The position numbers and the translations under genes are program-made. This document shows, in pieces, positions 33,146-41,024 of a DNA stretch of 50,460 bases (position 1 is the stretch's first letter; each line of letters starts with the position of its first letter). The notes under the pieces were generated by a model. It saw nothing but the letters and a program-made list of their open reading frames with translations, searched no databases and had not been told where the DNA came from. The stretch is from Candidatus Methylomirabilia bacterium (lineage in GTDB: Bacteria; Methylomirabilota; Methylomirabilia; Rokubacteriales; CSP1-6): positions 1 to 50,460 of the forward strand of contig JBGQHJ010000017.1 in the NCBI GenBank assembly GCA_041497895.1, written 5' to 3'.

Positions 33146-33340
33146 TCAGTGGACCGCGTTCGCGCCACGATAGTGCCTCTCACGGGCACGCTCGACCAGG
33201 CACTCCAGGGTCTCACCGCAGGCGCCGCAGTCGCCGCCTGCGCCGCACGCGCGCTCGATCGCCTCCACCGAGTGAGCACCGGCGGAGATGACCGCGTGGA
33301 CGGCGTGATCGGAGACGCCGCGGCAGAGGCAGAGGATCAT
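33146..33340 (-). CDS. bfd: Bacterioferritin-associated ferredoxin [2Fe-2S]
   Basis: CLCRGVSD...GAGGDCGAC, directly upstream of bfr. Confidence 0.9.
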   Translation of the reverse strand: MILCLCRGVSDHAVHAVISAGAHSVEAIERACGAGGDCGACGETLECLVERARERHYRGANAVH

Positions 33341-33422
33341 CGGTGGGTACTCCGGGAGCCGAGCGGCGACCTTGTCATTCGGGCTGCTTTCCGTTCGCCC
33401 TTAGGGCGGTGATAGCCAACGC

Positions 33423-33456
33423 GTTAGGTATACCTAACCACCGCGCGGGCTGTCAA
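33423..33456 (-). promoter_or_regulatory. Promoter of the iron operon with a DtxR/SirR/MntR-like operator
   Basis: Perfect palindrome GTTAGGTATACCTAAC (33423-33438) covers the -10 region of a promoter with consensus TTGACA at 33456-33451. Confidence 0.75.
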
Positions 33457-33502
33457 CCCGGAAAATCGGGGGGGCGGCGGGCGGGACGGAGGCCCGGCGG
33501 GC

Positions 33503-34039
33503 CTAGAGGACGTGGAGCAGGGGGCGCGCGCGCAGCGAGCCCTCCTGCCAGAAGCCGCTGGCCCGGAGCTCCTCGAGGGCCTTCGCCGCGTCCGGGGCGC
33601 GCATCACCGCCAGGGTCTCGCCGCCCGGGAAGAAGCCGCCGAACGCCATCCGGCCGGCGCCGCGCGCCTCGATCAGGGCGAAGGAGGCCATCTCCACGTC
33701 CGGGGCGACGCCCTCGGCGATCATGACCGTCCGCGAGCCGTCGGTCACGAGGGCCGGCAGCTCCCACGGCTCGAGGAACTGGGCGAAGCTCCGCGGCCGG
33801 TAGCCCGACCACGCGCCGCCGGTGAAGTAGGGATCCTCCTCCACCAGCCGGCGGAGATCGTCGGGCTGCTGCACGCGATAGAAGATGTCGGCGCCGCGGC
33901 CGTCGGGCGAGGGGCCGCCGCCGATCACCAGGCCCTGGGCGCGCAGGCCCATCAGGCGCTCGAGATGCGTCCGCCGGTGGGGCTCACGCCGGGTCACGTA
34001 GTCGCCCGCGGTCTCGATCGCCACGTGGAAGACGATCAC
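33503..34039 (-). CDS. YciI family protein with a second degenerate YciI-like half
   Basis: RREPHRRTHLERL, GGPSPDG and EEDPYF; GTG 34039 overlaps the upstream TGA. Confidence 0.75.
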   Translation of the reverse strand: MIVFHVAIETAGDYVTRREPHRRTHLERLMGLRAQGLVIGGGPSPDGRGADIFYRVQQPDDLRRLVEEDPYFTGGAWSGYRPRSFAQFLEPWELPALVTDGSRTVMIAEGVAPDVEMASFALIEARGAGRMAFGGFFPGGETLAVMRAPDAAKALEELRASGFWQEGSLRARPLLHVL

Positions 34040-34794
34040 GGCGTCACCCACCCCCCCGCGAACGGGATGACCTGGCCCACGAAGAAGTCGGCGTCCTCCG
34101 AGGCCAGGTAGACCGCGAGCCGCGCGGACTCCTCGCTGCGGGCGAGCCGGCCGGCCGGGATGTTCCGGACCATGCGCTCGCGCTTGGCCGCGTCCGCCAC
34201 GAGCGCAGGCGGGAAGTAGGTCGGGTTCTCGACGTAGTTCTGGGCGATCGCGTTGACCTGGATGCCGTCCTTCGCCACCTCGCGGCCGACCGCCTTGGTG
34301 AGCCCGTTCACGCCGGCGCGGGCCGCGGTGTAGGCCGCGTAGTTGGGCAGGCCGGGGAAGGCGGCGGCGGAGGACATGTTGATGATCTTGCCGCGCCCGG
34401 CCGGCCGCATCACCCGCAGCGCCGCCCGCAGGCAGAAGAACGGCTCGTCGAGCAGGCGGGTCTGCATCTCGCGCCACGCCGCGTCGGTGATCTGCTCGAC
34501 CGGGCAGCCCGAGGGCGGGTGCGCGTTGTTGTTCACCAGGATGTCGAGGCGCCCGAAGCGCGCCACCACCGCCTCCACCGCGCGCTCCGCCTCCGCGGAG
34601 CGGCTCAGGTCGCCGCCGACCGCGAGCACGTCGCGCCCGAGGCGCTCCGCGATGGCCGCGAACGGCTTGATCGCGGCCGGCTCGCGGTCGTGGAGCGCCA
34701 CCGAGGCCCCCTCGCGGCAGAACTCCTCGGTGATCGCGGGGCCCATGAAGTGGCTGACGTTGGTGATGAGGGCGACCTTGCCGGTGAGCTTCAT
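34036..34794 (-). CDS. Halohydrin dehalogenase (SDR fold, HheB/HheD-like)
   Basis: T-X4-F-X-G (TNVSHFMG) replaces TGxxxGxG; S-X12-Y-X3-R (SAAAFPGLPNYAAYTAAR) replaces YxxxK; NAIAQNYVENPTYFP. Confidence 0.85.
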   Translation of the reverse strand: MKLTGKVALITNVSHFMGPAITEEFCREGASVALHDREPAAIKPFAAIAERLGRDVLAVGGDLSRSAEAERAVEAVVARFGRLDILVNNNAHPPSGCPVEQITDAAWREMQTRLLDEPFFCLRAALRVMRPAGRGKIINMSSAAAFPGLPNYAAYTAARAGVNGLTKAVGREVAKDGIQVNAIAQNYVENPTYFPPALVADAAKRERMVRNIPAGRLARSEESARLAVYLASEDADFFVGQVIPFAGGWVTP

Positions 34795-34801
34795 GGGCCC
34801 G

Positions 34802-34830
34802 AGCCTACTCGGGGCTTCGCGGCCGCGCAA
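34802..34830 (-). promoter_or_regulatory. Putative leaderless sigma70 promoter for the halohydrin dehalogenase gene
   Basis: TTGCGC-N17-TAGGCT-N7-ATG. Confidence 0.55.
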
Positions 34831-34874
34831 GGCCGTGGTACCGTGAGGGCGCGGGCAAGGGAGGTGCCGCGGCC

Positions 34875-37457
34875 GTGGCCGAGGAGCTGCTCCAGTCGTT
34901 CAAGGCCCGCTACCCGTTTCCGCTCGACGACTTCCAGCTCCGCGCCATCTCCGCCATCCTCGACGGCAAGTCGGTGATCGTCTCGGCGCCGACCGGCTCG
35001 GGCAAGACCCTGGTGGCCGAGTTCGCCATCCACTCCGCGCTCCACCGTGGGCGGCGCATCGCCTACACCACCCCGCTCAAGGCGCTCTCCAACCAGAAGT
35101 ACGCCGACTTCGGGCGGCAGTGGGGTGCGGAGAACGTGGGCATCCTCACCGGCGACGTGAAGGTCAACGCGCGGGCGCCGGTGGTGGTCATGACCACCGA
35201 GATCCTGCGCAACATGTTCTACTCGGGCGGGCTGCCCGGGCTCGACACGGTGGTGCTCGACGAGTGTCACTACATGGGCGACGAGGGGCGGGGGACGGTG
35301 TGGGAGGAGATCATCGTCAACTGCCCGAAGGACGTGGCCCTCGTGGCCCTCTCGGCCACCGTGCGCAACGTCAACGAGATCGCGGACTGGATCAGCCTCG
35401 TGCACCGGCCGATCGTGGCCGTGACCCATCCGCATCGGCCGGTGCCGCTGCAGTACCTGGTCGCCGACCTCTCGGGCGAGATCCACACCTACGACGCGGT
35501 CCGCCAGGGCAAGGTGCGCCTGCTCGGCGAGGAGCGCGAGGGCGGCTACAACGACCGCGGCCGTTGGTACACCCGCCGGGTCGTCGATCCCACCGTGATG
35601 CTCGACGAGCTCGAGAGCCGCGGGTGGCTGCCCTCGATCTACTTCATCTTCAGCCGCGCCGGCTGCGAGCGGGCGATGGAGACGGTGCTCGCGGAGGGCA
35701 AGCCCCTCCTGACGCGCGAGCAGCAGCGCCAGGTCGACGAGGCCATCCGCGAGCAGATCGGCGAGAACCCGACGATCGCGGAGTCACCCCTCAATCAGAC
35801 GATCTTCCAGGCCCTCGGCATGGGCGTGGGCCTCCACCACGCGGGGATCCTGCCCACCGTGAAGCGCTTCACCGAGCTCCTGTTCGAGCGCGGCCTCTGC
35901 AAGGTGGTCTTCGCCACCGAGACCATGTCGCTCGGCATCCACATGCCGGCCAAGAGCGTGGTCTTACAGTCGCTGACCAAGCGCACCGACCGCGGCTTTC
36001 GAAGCCTGACCCACAACGAGCTCACCCAGATGGCGGGCCGCGCGGGCCGGCGGGGCATCGACCCCGAGGGCAAGTGCGTGATGGCCCTCGACGTGCGCGA
36101 CGGCTTCGACGACATGAAGCGCGTGGTGGACGGGCCGCCGGAGCCGGTGGTGAGCCAGTTCAAGCTGGGCTACGGCTCCGTCGCGCTGCTGCTGTCGACC
36201 GGCAGCGATCTCGCCACCATCCGGCGCGTGGTCGAGTCCTCGTTCGGCCAGTACCAGAACATGAAGCGCATCCGCTCGCTGGAGACGGACGTGCAGACAC
36301 TCGAGATCGCGGTGGCCGATGGCCACCGCTATGGTGCGCCCTGCGGCGACTTCCCCCGCATCGGCCGCTACCGGGCGGTGCGCTCCGAGGTCGAGGTGGC
36401 CCGCATGGCCCGCGGCAAGAGCGGGCGCCGGGGCCGCTCGGCGTCGGAGGCCGAGCCCGGACGGCTGGCCCTGGTGCGGCGGAAGAGCGGGGCCAGCCTG
36501 GGTCTGATCCTGGGCGTGGACCGCCGTCGGCACCGCAACCTGATCCAGGTGCTGCTGGCGCACGGCGGGACGGTCGCGATGAAGGAGGGCAACGTCAAGC
36601 GGGTGTTCTGGCAGACCGCGCCGCTGCACGTGCCGCGCGACTGGGAGCAGCGGACCCGCGGGCTCACCGAGCAGATGGCGCGGCTGTCGGTGCCCGAGCT
36701 GGTCGAGCGCGAGCGGAGCCACGGCCCGGAGGGCGCGCTCGCGGCCATCGAGTGCCACCGCTGCCCGTGGGGCTCGCAGAACCGCTGCGAGCAGGCCTGG
36801 AAGGGGCTCGAGGGCGTCGAGCGGCAGCTCGCCCAGAAGCGGGAGATGCTCGACGCCTTCCGCAACGCGTACTGGCAGGAGTTTCTCCGAGTGGTCGAGG
36901 TCCTCGAGCGGTTCGGCGCGGTGCAGAACGCCAAGCTCCTGGCCAAGGGCCAGCTCATCGCGGGGCTGCGCCATGACAACGAGCTCCTGGTGGCCGAGGT
37001 GGTGGACCGCGGGATCCTCGCCGACACCACGCTCGCGGAGGTGGCCACCCTCTGCTCCGGCCTCATCGAGGAATCGCGCTCCGGCGACGCGGCGGTGGCG
37101 CGGCTCTTCCTCAAGAAGCGCCCGAAGCTCAAGCGCAAGCTCCAGGAGATGGAGTCGGTGGCCAACACCGTGCTCGAGGTCCAGCGGCGCCACCAGCTGC
37201 CGATGCCGGTCTCGGTCTCCACCGGCTTCATGCCCTCCGTGTTCCGCTGGGCCTCCGGCGAGGACGACTGGGGGGCGATCGTGGAGGAGTCCTTCGGCGG
37301 CCACGAGGGCGACCTGATCCGGGCCATGCGACGGCTGATCGACGTGCTGCGTCAGCTCGGGGAGTCCCCCGAGGTGGAGCCCGCGCTCGCCGGGCTGCTC
37401 GCCCGGGCCGCCCGGGTCATCGACCGCGGGATCGTGCTGGAGTCGGCGCTCATTTGA
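34875..37457 (+). CDS. Ski2-like DExH helicase (HelY-like) with DSHCT domain
   Basis: APTGSGKT, TTPLKALSNQK, LDECH, LSAT, HHAG, FATET, QMAGRAGRRG and EGDLIR. Confidence 0.92.
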   Translation: MAEELLQSFKARYPFPLDDFQLRAISAILDGKSVIVSAPTGSGKTLVAEFAIHSALHRGRRIAYTTPLKALSNQKYADFGRQWGAENVGILTGDVKVNARAPVVVMTTEILRNMFYSGGLPGLDTVVLDECHYMGDEGRGTVWEEIIVNCPKDVALVALSATVRNVNEIADWISLVHRPIVAVTHPHRPVPLQYLVADLSGEIHTYDAVRQGKVRLLGEEREGGYNDRGRWYTRRVVDPTVMLDELESRGWLPSIYFIFSRAGCERAMETVLAEGKPLLTREQQRQVDEAIREQIGENPTIAESPLNQTIFQALGMGVGLHHAGILPTVKRFTELLFERGLCKVVFATETMSLGIHMPAKSVVLQSLTKRTDRGFRSLTHNELTQMAGRAGRRGIDPEGKCVMALDVRDGFDDMKRVVDGPPEPVVSQFKLGYGSVALLLSTGSDLATIRRVVESSFGQYQNMKRIRSLETDVQTLEIAVADGHRYGAPCGDFPRIGRYRAVRSEVEVARMARGKSGRRGRSASEAEPGRLALVRRKSGASLGLILGVDRRRHRNLIQVLLAHGGTVAMKEGNVKRVFWQTAPLHVPRDWEQRTRGLTEQMARLSVPELVERERSHGPEGALAAIECHRCPWGSQNRCEQAWKGLEGVERQLAQKREMLDAFRNAYWQEFLRVVEVLERFGAVQNAKLLAKGQLIAGLRHDNELLVAEVVDRGILADTTLAEVATLCSGLIEESRSGDAAVARLFLKKRPKLKRKLQEMESVANTVLEVQRRHQLPMPVSVSTGFMPSVFRWASGEDDWGAIVEESFGGHEGDLIRAMRRLIDVLRQLGESPEVEPALAGLLARAARVIDRGIVLESALI

Positions 37458-37494
37458 TGGGCCGGCGGGGCCGCGGCGATATACTGGTGACGCC

Positions 37495-38007
37495 ATGCGG
37501 TGGCTGACGCGATCCTCGGGCCTGGCGGCGGCGGCGCTCCTCACCGCCGCGTGCGCCTCGATCACCGAGCCGAGCCTGGAGCGCACGACCCGCGGACCGA
37601 ACGCGGAGGAGTTCTTCATCGCCCAGTCGGTCGCGGCCAACGGCCGGCAGCCCTCGTTCGACGAGAAGCGGGTGTGGCAGGACCAGATGGACGAGAAGGT
37701 CTTCAAGTACCTGCGCGAGCACCCGGAGATGGAGTCGACGTCGCGCTACAGCGAGTTCCGCTTCTGGCGCCAGGTGGCGCCGGGCAGCACCCCGGGCGAG
37801 GTCAAGGTGCTGCTGGGCGAGCCCCGCGAGCAGACCATCGACCCGGCCCTGATGGGGGCCCTGGGCGAGCAGCACTGGGTGGCCATCCGCCCGACCGCGA
37901 AGGAAGCCTGGGTCTACCCGCTCGGCTGGGTGGTCTACTTCGACGACAAGGGCGCGGTCGTCGACATGCTCCGCCGGGTCTCCCCGCTCGACGTTCGCGA
38001 CGAATAG
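37495..38007 (+). CDS. Hypothetical lipoprotein
   Basis: Lipobox-like LTAAC; EVKVLLGEP...AWVY is weakly reminiscent of BamE/SmpA; strong codon bias. Confidence 0.7.
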   Translation: MRWLTRSSGLAAAALLTAACASITEPSLERTTRGPNAEEFFIAQSVAANGRQPSFDEKRVWQDQMDEKVFKYLREHPEMESTSRYSEFRFWRQVAPGSTPGEVKVLLGEPREQTIDPALMGALGEQHWVAIRPTAKEAWVYPLGWVVYFDDKGAVVDMLRRVSPLDVRDE

Positions 38008-38011
38008 CCGC

Positions 38012-38461
38012 TCACTCGACCCAGCGATCCACGTCCGCCTGCATCGAGCGCAGCCGTCCGAGCGGATCGTCGAGCCGGTTGCCGTGCTGGGTCAGCACCC
38101 AGTCCGCGCAGCCGGGTACGAACGGCGCTCTCCTCAGTCGGTTGCCCACGATCGTCCGCCAGTCCTCGATGCCGAGCCCCTCTGGATCTTGCCCATCTCG
38201 GTGGGCGCGCCAGGCGACATCTCCCCGGTTGACGCACCTTCCGAGTATCACGAGCGCCCGGTGCCGACGACGCGCCATCCGGTGGAGCAGGAACATCGAG
38301 GCCACGAAGAGGAGGCAGCCGTTCACGAGAAGTCCGTAGCCGACCCAGCGGAAGAGATGTGCGGACTGCCCGGCCTGCGGAGCCATGATCGCGGCACCGC
38401 CAACGATCAAGGCGACAGCGATCGTGACCGCTTGCCAGCCGCCGGCCCACGATAGGCTCAT
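38012..38461 (-). CDS. Hypothetical membrane protein
   Basis: From ATG 38461 there are two hydrophobic helices (AVTIAVALIVGGAAIM and WVGYGLLVNGCLLFVASMFLL); a GAGGAG RBS-like sequence lies upstream. Confidence 0.55.
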   Translation of the reverse strand: MSLSWAGGWQAVTIAVALIVGGAAIMAPQAGQSAHLFRWVGYGLLVNGCLLFVASMFLLHRMARRRHRALVILGRCVNRGDVAWRAHRDGQDPEGLGIEDWRTIVGNRLRRAPFVPGCADWVLTQHGNRLDDPLGRLRSMQADVDRWVE

Positions 38462-38641
38462 TCCCGGGCTCCTCGTGGTGCTCACGGTAGAATCGCATCG
38501 CGGTTTCTGTCCAGGGAAATTCCACGCCCGGCGGGGCGAGACGTCCTGAGCAAGACACTGCGCCCGCGCGGGGAACGGGAGGGGAATCGAGAGGTTACCG
38601 ACGAATAGTCGCGTGCTAGACTTGGGCGTCTCACGACGCCC

Positions 38642-39262
38642 ATGCCGAGTACCGCGCTGACGTGGATCGAGCCCGGAGCGAGCGCCACCCTGATCTGGCA
38701 CGGCGCGGTCGCCACCGGACCCGGCGGGGGCCGGCTCTACGCCGTCTCCGGTCCCGCGCTCGAGCAGCCTCCCGCCACGCCCTACTTCCTACTGGCCCCC
38801 GCCGAGGCCGACGCCTTCGCGGCCCGGCTCTACCGGGGGCAGGTGACCCTCGACGACCTGCGGACCTTCCTCGCGCACTGCCGCATCGCTCGGGGCGCGC
38901 TCGTCGACGAGATGCAGTACCTCGCGGTGGCGGACGAGGCGCCGGTGCTGCCGGTGCTGGACGCCTGGCGCGAGGCCGCGGACGTGCCGGCGCTGCCCTA
39001 CCTCGACGACATCAACGCGTTCATGCCGGCGGGCCCGCTCTACGTGACCGCGGAGGCCCACGCGGTGGCCCGGCGCGAGCCCGAGCAGTTCACCACCGCG
39101 TGGGTGTGCGACGAGTGCGGGGAGGCCAGCGACGCGGGGGTCTTCTTCTGGACCGCGCAGCGGGGTCCCGCGGTGCGCGTGTGCTTCCTCATCCACAACG
39201 ACGCCGGGATCTGGACCTGCCGGCTCCACCCGTTCGAGTTCGCGAAGGAGACGCCCGCATGA
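38642..39262 (+). CDS. Hypothetical protein with C-terminal Cys/His motif (possible Zn binding)
   Basis: CDEC...C-x3-H...C-x2-H; coding-like codon bias; ATGA overlap with the GGT gene. Confidence 0.75.
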   Translation: MPSTALTWIEPGASATLIWHGAVATGPGGGRLYAVSGPALEQPPATPYFLLAPAEADAFAARLYRGQVTLDDLRTFLAHCRIARGALVDEMQYLAVADEAPVLPVLDAWREAADVPALPYLDDINAFMPAGPLYVTAEAHAVARREPEQFTTAWVCDECGEASDAGVFFWTAQRGPAVRVCFLIHNDAGIWTCRLHPFEFAKETPA

Positions 39263-40992
39263 TCCGCTCCACGCTCTCGGTGACCAAGCAGACGCCGTCG
39301 ACCGCCCGGGCCCTCGTCGCGGCCGAGCACCCGCTCGGAGCCGAGGTGGGCGCGGGCATCCTCGCCCGCGGCGGCAATGCGGTGGACGCGGCGGTGGCCA
39401 CCGCCTTCGCGATGACGGTGGTCGAGCCCTTCATGTCGTCGCTCGCGGGCGGGGGCACCATGCTCGTGCACCTGGCCAAGCGCGGGACGACCGTCGCGCT
39501 CGACTTCAACGTGCAGGCGCCCGCCGCCTGCCACGAGGCCTGCTTCGAGCTGGCCGACGGCATCGCGCAGGCGCTGTTTCCGTGGCGGCGGGTGGTGGAC
39601 GACGCCAACAACTTCGGACCGAAGTCGGTGGCGATCCCGGGCTCGGTGGCCGGCCTCTGCCTGGCGCTGGAGCGGTTCGGCACCATGGATCTGGCCGACG
39701 TGGTCGCGCCCGCGATCCGCCTCGCCGAGGACGGCTTCCCGGTGGACTGGTACGTGACCCTGTCCATCGCCCCCCACTGCCAGGAGCTGGCCGCCTTTCC
39801 CGAGACCGCCCGCGCCTACCTGCGCGACGGCCACTACGTCTACCGCCCCGCGGCGCTCGCTCCCGCCGACGTGCTGCGGCAGCCGGATCTCGGCCGGAGC
39901 CTGCGCCTCATCGCCAAGGATGGGCCGGCCGCTTTCTACCGGGGCGCGATCGCGCAGGCCATCGACGAGGAGATGCGGCGGACCGGCGGCTTTCTCCGCC
40001 GGAGCGATCTCGAGCACTATGAGGCCCGGGTGGCCGAGCCCCTGACCGTGAAGTACCGCGGGCTCGACCTCGTGTTCTCGCCCGGGGCCACCGGCGGGCC
40101 GACCGCGGTGGAGATGCTCAACGTGCTCGCCCAGTTCCCCGCCGCGAAGGTGGGCTACGAGACGCCGGGCGGGCTGCACCTGCGCGCGGAGGCGGTGCGC
40201 TACGCGTTCCTCGATCGGCTGCGCCACCTGGCCGACCCGCTCGCGGCGCGCGTGCCGTGGCGCGGGCTCGCCTCGCGCGAGCACGCGGCCGAGGTGGCGG
40301 CGGGGCTCCGCGTTGCCGGTCCGCGCAGCGAGGCCAAGCTGCCGGACGCGTGGGCGCACGACCTCGCGGTGGGCGCCCTCGGGCGCGGCAAGGCGGCCGC
40401 GCCGCGCGGTCGGCGCCGCGTGGCCACCGAGGGCGGCGACTGCACCACCCACATCTGCGCGGTGGATCGGCAGCGCAACATGGTCTCGCTCACCAACACC
40501 GCGGTGTCCCTGTTCGGCTCACGCATGGTCGTGCCGGGCACCGGCATCCTGCTCCAGAACGGCATGCTCTGGTTCGATCCGGAGCCGGGCCGGGCCAACT
40601 CGGTGGCCGCGGGCAAGCGCCCGGTGGTGAACATGGTGCCGGCCCTGGGCTTCCGGCAGGGCGCGCCCTACCTCACGGTCGGCGCGCCCGGCGGTCGCAA
40701 GATCGTCTCCGCGATCCCGCAGGTGATCGCCAACATCGCCGATGCGGGCGACGCACCCCAGCAGGCGATCGAGGCCCCGCGGCTGCACACCGAGGGCGGC
40801 GAGCTCTGGGTCGACGACCGCGTGGGCGAGCGGTCACTGGCCGCGCTCCGCCGGATGGGCCACGACGTGGTGCCCAAGCACCAGAGCTACGGCACGCTCT
40901 ACTTCGCCCGGCCGGTGGCCATCCGGATCGGCAAGCGCGGGCTCGAGGCCGGGCTCGACCACCTTTGCGCCGCCGCGGCGGCCGGCATCTGA
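39259..40992 (+). CDS. Gamma-glutamyltransferase family Ntn hydrolase
   Basis: GGNAVDAAVATAF, SLAGGG, AIPGSVAG, autocleavage site DC/TTHICAVD, FGSRMVVPGTGILL, GAPGG and AIEAPR. Confidence 0.92.
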   Translation: MIRSTLSVTKQTPSTARALVAAEHPLGAEVGAGILARGGNAVDAAVATAFAMTVVEPFMSSLAGGGTMLVHLAKRGTTVALDFNVQAPAACHEACFELADGIAQALFPWRRVVDDANNFGPKSVAIPGSVAGLCLALERFGTMDLADVVAPAIRLAEDGFPVDWYVTLSIAPHCQELAAFPETARAYLRDGHYVYRPAALAPADVLRQPDLGRSLRLIAKDGPAAFYRGAIAQAIDEEMRRTGGFLRRSDLEHYEARVAEPLTVKYRGLDLVFSPGATGGPTAVEMLNVLAQFPAAKVGYETPGGLHLRAEAVRYAFLDRLRHLADPLAARVPWRGLASREHAAEVAAGLRVAGPRSEAKLPDAWAHDLAVGALGRGKAAAPRGRRRVATEGGDCTTHICAVDRQRNMVSLTNTAVSLFGSRMVVPGTGILLQNGMLWFDPEPGRANSVAAGKRPVVNMVPALGFRQGAPYLTVGAPGGRKIVSAIPQVIANIADAGDAPQQAIEAPRLHTEGGELWVDDRVGERSLAALRRMGHDVVPKHQSYGTLYFARPVAIRIGKRGLEAGLDHLCAAAAAGI

Positions 40993-41024
40993 CCCCGGCA
41001 CCCCATCCAAGGAGGATATGCAGG

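Noticed and set aside
34875..37457. Helicase as part of an anti-phage defence system
   Set aside because: It has an ordinary HelY/Ski2 architecture with host-like codon usage and no adjacent nuclease or defence genes.
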